A DNA stretch of 64,000 nt from Epithemia pelagica (GCA_946965045.2 OX337234.1:3100001-3164000), one strand, 5' to 3'; counted from the stretch's first letter, positions 22,029 through 34,248 are shown. Notes: generated by a model not told the origin, from the letters alone. A program made the numbers and translations.

Positions 22029-23705
22029 TCACTGCGGCAAGTCGTTGGATTCTCCCAATTGCTGGAGGAGATTCCACAATGGGTCCTCCTGGTTCTTGTT
22101 GTTTGTTTGTTGTTGATGGTGCTTTTGCATCAATCGAAACAGACTTTGGTCAAAAGAAGCAGTCGTTGTGGTGGGAATAGCATTGGTGATATTCTCTTGC
22201 TGCTGCTGCAAGGAGGGATACCATTGGGCAAAGGGCGGAGGACACCACACGGTCAAGCCGCCCTGGTCGTCACGCCACACCCCCGACTGGTTCATGGAAA
22301 GACGGCGGCATGTTAATGTTGTCGTTGTGTGATGGTGGTTGGAGAACTCGTTGTCGTCTGGCAATTGCGCCATGACTGTCGGTGGAATATGCAACACGGT
22401 CGCATGCAAACACAACCGGTCGTGGAGTGCTGTGGTGGTTGTAGTGTCGTCCTTGTCGTGGTTGTCGTTGTCATTGGGGGAATGGTTCGTACTGCTACTC
22501 GTACGGTAAATGGCATCGCCCGCCAAGGCCAATCCTACTGCCTTGGCCGAAACCCGCAATTGATGCGTCCGTCCCGTCCAGGGTCGAAACCACAACAAGG
22601 TGGGGGGCAACCGCACTGATGGTGCTTGTTGTTGTGACGATGATGATGACGATGATTGTGCCACCACCAAATGACCCAAACCGGCCGTGGAAAAGCGGGT
22701 TTGACAATACAAACCAGTCTTGTTGTTGTTGTTGTCATTGTCATTGTTGTCATTCTTGTCATTTTTCTGTGGTTGGGGGGTGGGTGTTTTGGTCAAGTAC
22801 CAGGATTTGCGTCGTCCTCGATGCAACCATCCTTGAACGAGGCCTTGTTTCTTTTGTTTGGGTGTATTCCACGACAAGCCGGTATAGTACTTGACAATTC
22901 TACCGGCGTCATTCGCAGGGTCCTGATCCGGATGGCGAGTGGTACTAGTAGTTGTAGAAGTAGAACTCGTTGTTGTTATGGATGCACTTGTTGGTGTTGT
23001 GGATACATGCTTCTTGCTCTGGCTCTTGCTGTTTGGGCGTCGTTTCGGGTCCTGTTGGTTGTGGTTGCGAAAGGCTCGCGTCAAGACTTGGGCCGTTCGT
23101 CGATTCTTGGCAATCAACAAGAGGCCCGAAGTATCTTGATCGAGACGATGCACGCCATAGAATCGAGTTGTTGTTGTTGTGCAATTTGGAGCGACGGCTG
23201 TTTCTTGTTGTCGCAACAGAGTGAGAATGCCGGGTTTTGCTTCTCCTCCGTTGGAGCCCTTGTCAGTATTGTGATGGGGAATCCCCGAGGGTTTGTCCAA
23301 GACTATCAAATTCTCATCTTGATACACAATGGTCAGTTCTGGAGAGATCGTCTTGTTGTTGTGGTAGAGGTTATTCTGTTGTTGCTGCTGCTGCAGATTG
23401 GGGGTCGACGACGAGTACAATCGTCTGCTACTGCTGCTGCGGTCCATCCATGGTGACCACCACCTGCATCTGCGGGAGGGTGTTGTTGTTGCGGGGGGAT
23501 GGTTCCTGGATCGATGCGACACGGTCCACAGAGGAAACGAAGACGAGGAGAGTGGAGGTGCGAGGATTGCGACGATCACCAGAAGCCACAGCGTCGTCGT
23601 CGTCGTCCATCGGAGTCGCCGCCATGAGGAGGATGAGAATGGTTGCGGGTTCGGTGGGAGTACTACTCGGTTGGCTCTTGGAATTGGCGTCCTTCTCCTC
23701 ATCAT
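22029..23705 (-). CDS. RluA-family RNA pseudouridine synthase with long low-complexity insertions
   Basis: Motifs IVLDKPSG, VHRLDQDTSGLLL (catalytic Asp), PWTGRTHQLRV, GDAIY and LCLHA. First ATG at 23705. Confidence 0.88.
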   Translation of the reverse strand: MMRRRTPIPRANRVVLPPNPQPFSSSSWRRLRWTTTTTLWLLVIVAILAPPLSSSSFPLWTVSHRSRNHPPATTTPSRRCRWWSPWMDRSSSSRRLYSSSTPNLQQQQQQNNLYHNNKTISPELTIVYQDENLIVLDKPSGIPHHNTDKGSNGGEAKPGILTLLRQQETAVAPNCTTTTTRFYGVHRLDQDTSGLLLIAKNRRTAQVLTRAFRNHNQQDPKRRPNSKSQSKKHVSTTPTSASITTTSSTSTTTSTTRHPDQDPANDAGRIVKYYTGLSWNTPKQKKQGLVQGWLHRGRRKSWYLTKTPTPQPQKNDKNDNNDNDNNNNKTGLYCQTRFSTAGLGHLVVAQSSSSSSSQQQAPSVRLPPTLLWFRPWTGRTHQLRVSAKAVGLALAGDAIYRTSSSTNHSPNDNDNHDKDDTTTTTALHDRLCLHATVLHIPPTVMAQLPDDNEFSNHHHTTTTLTCRRLSMNQSGVWRDDQGGLTVWCPPPFAQWYPSLQQQQENITNAIPTTTTASFDQSLFRLMQKHHQQQTNNKNQEDPLWNLLQQLGESNDLPQ

Positions 23706-24103
23706 CGTTTTTGGATACTTTACGTTGGATCTTTTCGGGCAATCGATTGAGATGGGACCAAGACCAAAATGTCCCCAACAACAGATCTCCTCCGCGGTCA
23801 TTTCTTTCATTTTTTACACTTCCTTCCGTTTTTGGTCGGGACCGATTTCTCAAATTCACAGAGAAAAAGACCAGACATTATTTTTTCTGTTGGGACAGTC
23901 GACTGCGTTTGGTTGCATTGTATGCTTTCTCCTTCTTTGTCTTCTGCTTCTGTCAACAACTCCTTTGTTCCAAGCGCAAAAAGAGTGTTCTTCGAAAAGA
24001 TCCACCACAGAAACGTCACGACAGAGCTCATCAATCAACGTCACGCGGATGAGAAACGTTCGACAACAAGCCCTCTTTATCCATATTATACGGGGTCCTT
24101 GTC

Positions 24104-25200
24104 TTGGTGTGGTCTCTGACTACACAATTCTCCTGGTTGGGACCCACCACCAACTGCCACAAGGAGAAGGATCACGACCACCAACATCTCTTGCATCCCA
24201 CAAAGGAGGCGTTCAAGGAACAAGAACAACAACAAAGTGGTCTTTCGAACCGAGCCACGGCGGCTTGGTGTCCCCAGGCCACTTGTCCAGTCACGGCCAT
24301 TTGTCATCCCTGCAAACGACGCTACTTGATTATTTTGTCGGCCGGGCGTTCCGGGAGTACCACCTTGTTGCACATGCTCAATAGTTTGCCAGGCATTCGA
24401 TTGAGTGGCGAAAACAAGGGCGTCCTCCACAACTTTCAACACGCCATTGGCCAGACCCGAACGGCCCCGCAATGGAAGGCAGCATCCTTAGACGCATGGT
24501 CGCACCATCCAGTCACGCCGTCCAATTTTGCCTGTGTCACACAACAAATGGTCGAAGTCATTACTCCACCAGCACTCGAACCCGAGGAAGCACCAACCAC
24601 GACCAGGGTCATCACGACGACCGTGGTACCATTATTGGGTTCAAAACTATTAAATTTCCGCAACTTGCACAAAGTACAACCGTCGGGTTCCAACCCCCTC
24701 GAGTTCCATCTAAACCGAAACGACCACCAACACCCGAACAACTACAACAACAGCAACAACAACAAGAGCTCCTGGAAAAAGAACAGGAAACGCGATGGAA
24801 CTTGCTGCGTGAGGCTGCCGTGTTTTTGAATGAAACCTTTCCCTGTGGACGGTTCATCATTAGTATCCGGAATCCCTTGGAACGGGCCAAGTCGGCCAAA
24901 CGGGCCTTTCATTCCAAGCAGTCCATGCCTACAGTCGTACGTCAATCCCAACAATGGATTCAAAACTTGTTGGACTTGGCGACCCTGCTGGGGGGACCGC
25001 AGCGATCTATTGTCTTGAATAGTTCGGAATGGACCCAAAATATTACCATTCTCAACGACATGATATCGTCTTGGTTGGGCTTTGACAAGACCTGTCATTT
25101 CGACCAGCTATTCGAGATGAATACGCAACATGACTATCGGAGCGGCAATGTGACCAATCGCACCAAACTTCCACCGGGATGTACCCCGCTTCCGTTCTAA
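24104..25200 (+). pseudogene. Frameshifted inverted paralogue of the sulfotransferase at 13740-14789
   Basis: Same motifs (LIILSAGRSGSTTLL, GFKTIK, FIISIRNP). The reading frame switches near 24592 (EPEEAP / NHDQG), a 1-bp deletion relative to the other copy. There is also an in-frame TGA at 24050-24052 upstream. Confidence 0.8.
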
Positions 25201-25383
25201 CCACAATCGCCAGGATAGCGTGTGGTCTTGTTGCACAATGACAGCGTTTTTACCTGTGGATTTTTCCCGACGATGCTTGTTTCACAACAGTCAGACTAGA
25301 GGCCTCTCTGTCCAGTTCCAGGAACAGAAAAACAAACTGTATACCTCACAGCCAGTCCTTGCGTTACCGCTCTCGACTCGGAA

Positions 25384-25745
25384 TGGCAAGGCGACAGCCG
25401 TCTCTTTTTTGCCCGAGGATACCCTCCAACGAGCCGTCCAGAGCAGCCAGAGGAGCAATCCCGTGGAACAGGTCATACTGGCCAAGGACCCGACGCAGGC
25501 CTTTGTGGATATTTATGACTATATGCCCGCAAAATTCGTCAGGGAGCATTGACCTGGGATCAAGTGGAAGCGGCCGATCTCGATACGGTACGTATCAGGT
25601 AGTTTGGATTTCTGGATTCGTGAGATACAGAGGCGTTTGGGAATTTCAAACAGCCGGGGTTCCCTTGTCGGATTTCCGGGCTCCTCACCGATCCTCTCTC
25701 GGTCTCTCTCTCTCTCTATTTCATGCACGAACAATGGGCTGGTAT
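25384..25745 (+). pseudogene. Nitrite reductase gene fragment (end of exon 1 plus intron)
   Basis: Encodes KATAVSFLPEDTLQR...SNPVEQV.LAKDPTQAFVDIYDY with indels, then gatctcgatacg|gtacgt and an intron-like CT-rich tract matching NiR intron 16955-17129. Confidence 0.85.
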
Positions 25746-25935
25746 GAGGCCTCCAAATTCAGTGGTGAAGCAATGACGATTGTCCAATATAGCAATCTCA
25801 TCTTGCGAGCAGTACAGATGAGATGCACTAAAAGATTGGTGTGCATGTGACTAATATGGAATGTTGATAAACCTTCATAGCTATTTAAACCCCGGAAATG
25901 AACCATGCTTTCAATGAAAGTGTTTGCGTTTGCCG

Positions 25936-28900
25936 CTAAATCCCATAACAATAATGGGTCTTGGATTGGTCGATTTTCTTTATGCAATAATCTTCCACTG
26001 TTAGCAACAGTGCTAGTCCTTGCTCTAGATTGAACAGTGAATGAGCGATATCTGAAATGGCCGATGGGACCTCTGCACGATTGCGACAGAACAGATTCTG
26101 GGCCCAACGAACGACGCGATTCTTACGTTGGTGTTGTTTGGTCGGTGATTTGGGTGTCTTTCGATTCCTGTCATTTTGAACTTCATCTTGAGTCTTCTCC
26201 ATTGTTGGAATCGGAGTCTCAACCTGAAGTTGCTTGTGGTCCATGACGGATTCCTGTTTGAGCCCGGTGGATTCAATCTCAGCGATATCAACATCCTTTG
26301 GTGCTTTTGAATTTTGTGTTGGCGGTTCAAGGATGAAAGTGGATACTTGTGTTGCACCTTTCATATCTTGAACAGTGTTGTCGTCACTCACTTCTTGTTT
26401 CAGCCCAGTAGATTCAATCTCAGCGATCTCAACATCCTTTGTGGCTTTTGAATTTTGTGTTGGCGGTTCAAGGCTGAAAGTGGATACTTGTGTAGCACCT
26501 TTCAGATCTTGAACAGTGTTGTCGTCACTCACTTCTTGTTTCAGCCCCGTAGATTCAATCTCAGCGATCTCAACATCCTTTGGTGCTTTTGAGTTTTGTG
26601 TTGGCGGTTCAAGGCTGAAAGTGGATACTTGTGTAGCACCTTTCCTATCTTCAGCCCTGTTGTTGTCAATCACTTCTGATCTAAAGTTGAGTTCGCACAT
26701 ACTTTCATGAGAGATTTGTTCGATGGCTGCGATTTCATTGACTAAAGGATCGATATTCTTACTGACCACTAAATGGGGATCGTGAAGTTCAATGATACCA
26801 TTCCAAATCATGGCCAAAATCATGAGCCAAAACACAATCAAATAAACCAAATCACCAACTCTTTTTCCTTTGGCTGCTCCCATATTATCGTCTGTTTCTT
26901 CGGCGACGAAAACTCGCAAATCTGTTTCAAACAATTAGAAAACAAATGAATTAACATTCGAGATTCGACAAGCTTGCTTTTCCTCGAAAAAGAACATACC
27001 TTTGATGGTTCCGTTCGCATTCTGTTTTCCCATGTTATCGTTCATTATATCAGAGCAGCAATCCCATTGATCGCAATTGTCTTGTTCGTACTCTCCCACA
27101 AACGTCGCTTCTACGCTGGGTGGCACGTTCTCCTTCGTTTCCTGTGTCACTACTTCCGACGTTGGTTCAGTCTGCGTAGCAGGTACCATTACCACTTCAA
27201 AAGGGACAGAAGCAGTAGAATCATCAAGATCTTTGTCCTCTGAAGATCCTTCTGTGATGCTTGAATACTTCATACGGTCCTCCTCAACCTCTTTGGCAGA
27301 GACGTTATTCTCGAGATTCTTGGAAGAAGACTTTTCATCGTCGGATTGCGGCAATTTCTCGGATTCGGCCTTGGCACTGCCCTGGTCGTTATTGTGACTG
27401 ACGTTTGTTGGTTCATCCGAACCATTCGATACCACCGGTGCAACGGGTGTGGGAGCTTGCAACGCAATCGTTTGGTTCTGTGATTCTGGTTGCTTGCAAA
27501 GGTCTTGTTGGTTCCCTTCCACACATGCCGCTTCTACGCTTGATGGCACGTTCTCCTTCGTTTCCTGTGTCACTGCTTCCGACGTTGGTTCAGTAGGGAT
27601 AGCAGGTGCCATTTCCACTTCGGAAGGGACAGAAGCAGTAGAATCATCGACATCTTCGGCCTCTGAGGATCCTTCTGTGAGGCTCGTATGTTTCAACTGA
27701 TCGGAGTGGGGCTCTTTGTCGGATTCGATTTGTGCACTGCCCTGGTCGTTATTGTGACTGCTGTCAGTTGGTGCATCCGAACCATTCGATACCACCGGTG
27801 CAACGGGTGTGGGAGCTTGCAACGCAATCGTTTGGTTCTGTGATTCTGGTTGCTTGCAAAGGTCTTGTTGGTTCCCTTCCACACATGCCGCTTCTACGCT
27901 TGATGGCACGTTCTCCTTCGTTTCCTGTGTCACTGCTTCCGACGTTGGTTCAGTAGGGAAAGTAGGTGCCATTTCCACTTCGGAAGGGACAGAAGCAGTG
28001 GAATCATCATCTTTGGCGTCTGAGGATCCTTCTGTGATGCTCGTATGTTTCAACTGATCGGATTGGGGCCCTTTGCCGGATTCGATTTGTGCACTGCCCT
28101 GGTCGTTATTGTGACTGCAGTCAGTTGGTGCATCCGATCCATTCGATACCACCGGTGCAACGGGTGTTGGAGCTTCCAACGCAATTGTTTGTTTATGTGA
28201 TTCTGGTTCTTCTTGGTTCGCTTCTGTACATGCTTCTTCTACGCTGGATGGCACGTTCTCCTTCGTTTCCTGTGTCACTGCTTGCGATTCTGGTTGTTCG
28301 CAATTGTCTTGTTGGTTCTCTTCCACACATACCGCTTCTACGCTGGATGGTACGTCCTCCTTTGGTCCCGGTGTCACTGCTTTCAACGTGGGTTCAATCT
28401 GTGTATGCGATTCTGGTTGTTCACAATTGTCTTCTTCATTCTCTTCCGCACATGCTGCTTCTACGATGGGCGGCACGGTCTCCGTCTCTTCCTGTGTCAC
28501 TGTTTCCGACGTTGGTCCAGTCTGTGTATGCGACTCTGGTTGTTCGCAATGGTCTTGTTGGTTCTTTTCCGTACGTGCCACTTCTACGTTGGGTGTCAGG
28601 TTCTCCTTTGTTTCCTGTGTCATTGCTTCCGACGTTGGTTCAGTCTGAGAAGCAGGCATAATTGGCACTTTGGAAGGGACAGAAGCAGTAGAATCATCAA
28701 CATCTTTGTCCTCTGAAGATCCTTTTGTGAGGCTTGTATCTTGCATTTGGACGTCGTCAACCTTTTGGGCAGAGACGTTCTCGTCGAGATTCTTGGAACA
28801 AGACTTTTCATCGTCGGAGTGGGGCACTGGGTCTGATTCGGTCTTTGTACTGCCCGTATCATTCTTGGTACTGCTGTCCGTTGGTGCCTCGGATCCAGCA

Positions 28901-30240
28901 TTCGACATCACGGGTGCAACGGTTGTTGGAGCGTCCAACGCAATCGTCGGTGTATGCGATTCTGGTTGTTGGTTCTTTTCTTCGGCACATGCCGCTTCTA
29001 CGCTGGGTGGCCTGCTATTAGTTGGTTCATTCGATCTAGCAGTCGAGATGACGGGTGCAACGGGTGCGGGAGCTTGCAACGCAATCGTTTGTGTAGGCGA
29101 TTCTGCGAATGGTTGCGGTTCCGGCACGGGTTGGTCGGTGGTGGACTGTCCTGCAGTGCTTCTCCGGGTGCTGATCGTTGTAAGTGGAACCGCCCGGGTG
29201 GTCCACGATGGTTTGGTCAGACTTGTTGTGGTGGCTGTTGTTGTGGTGGCTGGTTGTTTCGGTGAACGACCACGACGCGCATAAAAGGTAGGGTCTTCCC
29301 AGAGAAAGGGTGCCTCGCGACTGTCCGTGAGGGAGAGTAACGAATGATCGTCGTCGCTGCTAGAGTTGCCATTCGTGTCATTGTCGTCGTCGTCATGTTC
29401 GAGGACTTGGGAGAGTAAGGACTGCGTGTCACTTGTTGCTTCGGTAGAGGCTTCTATTGGTTGGAGAAGACTTGTGGTGGTGATTGGTGTCTGGGATTGA
29501 TGGTGGTGGTGGTGCGAGGAGTCGGCCGGTGCGGATGCGACTGTTGCCGTGTCATCACCAGGTTGAGGGGATGCTTCTTCTCGGGCCGCCACCGGGGCTA
29601 CGACCATGGATACCACCTGTCCTCCCAATCCTCGTCGATGGTACAACAACCCCGAGCGCGGAGAATGAAACAAGGAACAAGACGATGCCATTGGCGATCC
29701 CACAAAAAAGGCCGTTCGGTCGGCATTCTCCTCCATGGTCGAAGGCTGCTGCTGCGACGACGACGACCACATGGAGGAGGAACTGGTACTCGTGGTGGTT
29801 CCCAGTGGCATGCTATTGGATCGACGTTGACTTCGATCCGGACGAGGTCTGGGTCGTTGTCGTCGACGCGAGGGTGATTGCGACGAGGAGGGAGGGTGAT
29901 TGTCATTGAGCAACAAATGCGGAGGTGGGGAAGCAGCAACAGCGGCGACAGAGGACAGAGAGCCATGAGTGGCGGCTGACAAGGACAATCCGGAGGACAG
30001 GACACACAGAGACGACAATGTGGGTCGATGGGATGCAGGATGCAGTGGTCGAATACTGCTTGTTGTATTCATAGACTTGCCCAACACTCGCTCCAAATCC
30101 ACCAAGTCCGAATAATACTGAGAGTCGCTTGTATCTTGCTCTTCTTGTTCGTCCTCATGATCGTCACTGTCTTGGTATTCGTAGTCTGTTGTCACTGCAT
30201 GGATGGCATGCGGCGGCACAGGAGCTTGGGTCGTTGTCAT
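25936..30240 (-). CDS. Large (~1,408 aa) acidic, repeat-rich single-pass membrane protein; join(27000..30240, 25936..26921)
   Basis: ORFs 26935-30240 and 25936-26934 abut. A 78-bp GT-AG intron (26922-26999, g|gtatgt...aaacag|at) removes the stop and joins them in frame (TIK-D-LRVF). TM helix LVYLIVFWLMILAMIWNGII lies in exon 2. Confidence 0.72.
26245..26645 (-). repeat. Coding tandem repeat, 141 bp (47 aa) x ~3
   Basis: gtggatacttgtgt recurs at 26339, 26480 and 26621. Unit: KGATQVSTFSLEPPTQNSKAPKDVEIAEIESTGLKQEVSDDNTVQDL. Confidence 0.9.
27160..29100 (-). repeat. Coding tandem repeat of ~360 bp (~120 aa), near-perfect in the central copies and degenerate outward, with nested ~30-40-aa sub-repeats
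   Basis: Identical alternate-frame ORF starts at 27524 and 27884 (360 apart). Recurrent QTIAL.APTPVAPV.SN, DDSTASVPSEV and TQETKENVPSSVEAAC.E. Confidence 0.85.
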
Positions 30241-30779
30241 GACCGAGGAATAATCAAACGCTTGGGGCGCGTTTGCCTTATTCTCTCTTGTTCCTAAAGC
30301 AGCAATGCTATCTCTTTGTCGTCTTGATGATGCACTTGGATCCAGTGTGCAACAATGATGATGTATGGCCGTTGCAGTTGGTTCTTATACGATTATCCTC
30401 CGCAACAAGCCGTCTTCATCTCGTTTCTCCCATTGCGTGCAGAGGCAGTGACTCACAACTCACAACTCACATAAAAAAAGGGAAAGCTGCCCCCATCAGT
30501 CATAGTCGTACTATTGTAGGGTACGCACGTACACTACAACTACTCGTGTATAATGGATGCTGCGAATTCGAATACCGTATTGTCTGAATTCGAATACCGT
30601 ATCATGCCCATCCCTAAAGTTCTTTCCTTCTTTCTTCGCTTGACGTCATCCTCCCGCTTTCTCAAAGGCGATCGAAGTTCCCAGCACGCATTAAGGTCGC
30701 GTTTGTGTCCCACATGGATCACTCGCAGCACACAAGGACATGTGGTTCGACAATGAAGAGACAACAGGTTACTTGTCGG

Positions 30780-31600
30780 ATCGGAGGAATCTCCCATTCC
30801 TCATGGACGACATGACTGCGATGCGAACGTAGACGAAACAGGGGTATTGTGGTTGTTGGTGATCCTTGTTTTGTTGGTTGGAACAATATGGTTGCGGCGG
30901 GTCGCGGTGTGCTATCATGGTCTCTATACCACCCACACCGCCACCAGCACCCAAACAGCCACGACCCAAACCACACAAAGGCATCCGGATGTCGAGCTAT
31001 CGACTCCAATTGGTAGAGTCGCAACAAGGCTACGGCCGTCTCATTTTTTATGCCAGACGATACGGTCCAACCACGAGCACCGAGCAAGAGTACCTTGCAA
31101 TCCACTGGAAACGGTCTATCTGGCCAAGGACCCGACACAGCATGCCTTTGTTGATGATATTCATGATTCTACCCGTTGGTCATCTCAGTGTTGAGGAACG
31201 TCGTGCGACTTTGCCCCTGTGGCCGATTCTTCTTCCAATAGAGAAGATCGTTGGACAAGAAGGGACCACTAAAATGTGCTCTTACTACCCAAGTATGTGG
31301 ATCATGACTGTGTTCCACCATTCTTGGCCGAACCCGCATTGCCATCTCAAACTCGTGTTCCTCTTCTTTTCGTCTCCAGGTGGAATCGATTGGTCCCATG
31401 GAAGAAGGCCAGGAGGTGGTGAGTTGTACCGGTCGTACCGAGGAGTTTTGCGGATGGGCCTTCTGGATGGAAACCAAGGCACAAGCGGAACGCTTGGCAC
31501 GTGAATTGGAATGGCGCGTCATTGTCAATCGTCCCATTCACATTCATTGGACGGGTTGTCCCAATTTGTGTCGACAAGCCCACGTGACGCCGAGATTGGT
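30780..31600 (+). pseudogene. Heavily decayed, internally deleted nitrite reductase copy (5' flank, exon-1 piece and C-terminal piece)
   Basis: 30780-31000 matches the NiR 5' flank and signal region. 31050-31165 encodes NPLETVYLAKDP.QHAFVDDI. 31380-31600 encodes VSCTGRTEEFCG.AF.ETKAQAERLARELE.RV.VNRPIHIHWTGCPN.C.QA. Confidence 0.85.
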
Positions 31601-31863
31601 GGCACTGGCGAAACGGTCCATCTCGACAAGGACAAGGGACCGATCCAGCGTACGAAGTGTGCTAGTATTTACAGTTACTCGGTTCGTGCTGGGCCATCCT
31701 ACGCTTGGACGAATCTGTCACCCGCCATCCAAGTCGCCACTTTGGGCTCCATTCAGCGTTACACATTGTCGCTAGTGACGAGATGCACGGAAACGGTGGT
31801 TGGGTGCCTCTCGTGGAGTGGAACTGCATCTCTTTTGCGGCTTGGAGCGACGCCGGTCAGAAC

Positions 31864-33399
31864 CTAGTGAGCGGAATGGATCACCTCTGGCAACGAAGAG
31901 CAGTTGACGTACTTGACCAATGTCGAGGCTTCGTTTCGAGTATCAGGTGCACTAAAGTTTGTGCCCAGCGGAACAACAAACACAAGCTCGAGACCACCAC
32001 CAAAACATCCTTCGACGTTGACGTGGTTCAGAAAGTTTGGCCTCAAGCGACGCTTCCTGTAGGGGTGTGTCGAGCGAACGGTGAACTGAAAGCACCAGAT
32101 GGTGCCATTCGCGTCGACCAGAGCCGCATCAAGGTTGACAAAGTTTGGTACCGAAGGAATCCAGTATTGGTTTTCTGTGTCAGCTCCTTCACCCCTTCCA
32201 CTTCGCTCCCTTGGGCCCGCACAGACGACTCGATTTCGGCAAACGTTCCATCCCTCAAAAAACCAAGTGAAACATCTCTTCAAAGTAATTTGCCTGTGCG
32301 CCCTTGGTTCCATCTCGTTCCGCTTTCTTGTAGCTGTCCAAGAGTTCCTCCAAAGCGCTACTACTTTGTCTTGCAGCTCGCAAAGCATATACTGAGAATC
32401 AACATGAAGATGAACCGAGTAGGTGGTCGAGCCACCAGGAATTCTAAACATGCTGCGCAAAGAGTCTACGTGGTCATCCGTCGACCTGCAGTCGGAGTGA
32501 GAAAGGGACAAATGACCTTATTGTGCTTTTGAGATACGGGCAATGGTCCGATCGACAAACTGTTTCTGTTGTGGGATACCAGCTGGATAGCCCTCTACAA
32601 AACCACGGATTCGGCCACCGTTCACGTAGTTTATTTCGTCCAAAAGGTCGCGGTCAAAAAAGCGATCCGAGTTGTCATTCTCTTCTTCGGCATCTAGATC
32701 GAGAAGCGAGATCACAGAGGACTCGATGGAATCCTTCGTCCAAGCACTCATAACGACATTGTCCACAGAGTTCATGTTCTGGTGCTTGATTCGGAAGCCA
32801 GGTCCCGAGGTGCATCCGTACGTGAGTTTGCTGTATTTGATCAACTCCTCACTCGTTGGCCCATCCACTGCGGCCACCAATTTGGAGCTAGTTCTACGCG
32901 GTGCACCATCCATGTGCTCCAACGCTTCTCGGAGAGGATTGTAGTATGTATCAAGGGGGGTATTTGAGCGCCGTAGATTCCGAGCAAAACGAACCTCTAC
33001 ACTCCTGTTGCAAAGTTTCTGCAACGCCAAGGCACTGCCAAGTTCCTCCCCGTCGTCGATCATCCGAAAATAGATTGCTTTTTCGTCGTTTTTCCACACT
33101 CTATAGAGAACGACCAAAAACAGAAGCACTGATTTGCCAATGCCTGCCGAACCCGAGAAAATCAACAAAGGATAGGATCGCTGTAGGAGTTCTTGGAACG
33201 CCATCTCCATCTCTCCACGAACAACCACACGCTCTGGAATGAACAACTCATCGTCGATATCGTCAGACAATTTCACACTTTCGCGAATCGCCGACAAATC
33301 CATGATGGTTCCATTGTCAGGAAGGGGTCGACCTTCACGTAGATCAAATACACCGTCAATCGACAACGTGTTCGTCCCCTCAAAGGCAACAGTTACCAT
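31864..33399 (-). pseudogene. Crinkler/RHS-like P-loop NTPase plus restriction-endonuclease-fold gene with one premature stop
   Basis: Walker A FSGSAGIGKSVLL. C-terminal WIPSVPNFVNLDAAL...WCFQFTV..TH...LELVFVVP resembles CR-REase modules. ORFs 32518-33426 and 31864-32511 are in the same frame, separated only by TAA at 32518-32520. Confidence 0.72.
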
Positions 33400-33918
33400 T
33401 TTTTGTTTTTTTGTAAGCTTCTTCACATCAAAACTCCAAACCTCAAAAAGACGTGACTCGTGGCTCGTGGGACTACCGAGAGGTTAAGTCCCGTGTACTC
33501 GTGATTAGACTGACGGTCAGACGCAAAATCAACGCAAAAGGGGAGGTTTTTAGAGAAAGATGAGAAGTAGAAGTTGTACATTTCAAACTTCTAACTATCT
33601 AGCTCGTGCGACAGATCAGATTGAAAATATTTAGTTGATGCATGGAACTATAGCCGATGGAGAGTGACAAAGGCAGAAAAGTCTACGCAAACTTCTCACT
33701 TTATCTGCAGAACTTCTTGAAGTTGGATGGATTTTCACGGAAGTTGACATGGGAACAAAAAGCAAAGGTGGGGCATCTACACCCGCTCAGTTGTAGGGAA
33801 GTTTGCGTCCGAGTTGAAACACTCGTAAATCACATCGACACAATCGACCAAGGAAGGAATCGAAGTGTGAAGTATCGTGTCCTCATAATATTCAATTGTA
33901 TTCCTTGATTGTAACAAA

Positions 33919-34248
33919 ATGACTAAGCCTTGCTGCTGTTTCCTTGCCATTCAATCCTCCAAGAAAGCCGCTGGAGAAGTCTCTGAAGGAGAAACTGAGC
34001 TTAGCTCTTGTTGTGGACCGAGCTGTGGAAAAGCTTGCAACGAAGGTGACGCGTGCTGTACTCAGTCCTCAAGCTGCTGTGGTGACAACGCTACCGACGA
34101 CAAGTCCGGTTGCTGCGGATGTTGCTGCTCATGCTGTTCCTCTCCGTCACCGGGAACGAAAATGGAAGGTATTTGCAGCTCGGAATGCTGCACAGAAGAT
34201 GCTTGTTGTGGTGGAACGAAGAACTGTTGCTGTTGCGCCAGCTCTTAA
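33919..34248 (+). CDS. Metallothionein-like Cys-rich protein (109 aa, 27 Cys)
   Basis: ATG ORF with ~25% Cys in CC, CCC, CCCC and CxxxC clusters, rich in Ser/Gly/Asp/Glu/Lys, one aromatic residue and no signal peptide. Confidence 0.7.
   Translation: MTKPCCCFLAIQSSKKAAGEVSEGETELSSCCGPSCGKACNEGDACCTQSSSCCGDNATDDKSGCCGCCCSCCSSPSPGTKMEGICSSECCTEDACCGGTKNCCCCASS

Noticed and set aside
23237-24384. Long plus-strand ORFs (271 and 328 aa)
   Set aside because: Antisense to the RluA gene or an alternate frame of the sulfotransferase copy; low-complexity with no motifs.
26245-29100. Regularly spaced repeats considered as a CRISPR-like array
   Set aside because: They are in-frame coding tandem repeats without unique spacers, there are no cas genes, and the context is eukaryotic.
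30564-30602. 17-bp direct repeat gaattcgaataccgtat x2
   Set aside because: Real, but an isolated small slippage duplication with no counterpart seen upstream of the intact NiR gene.
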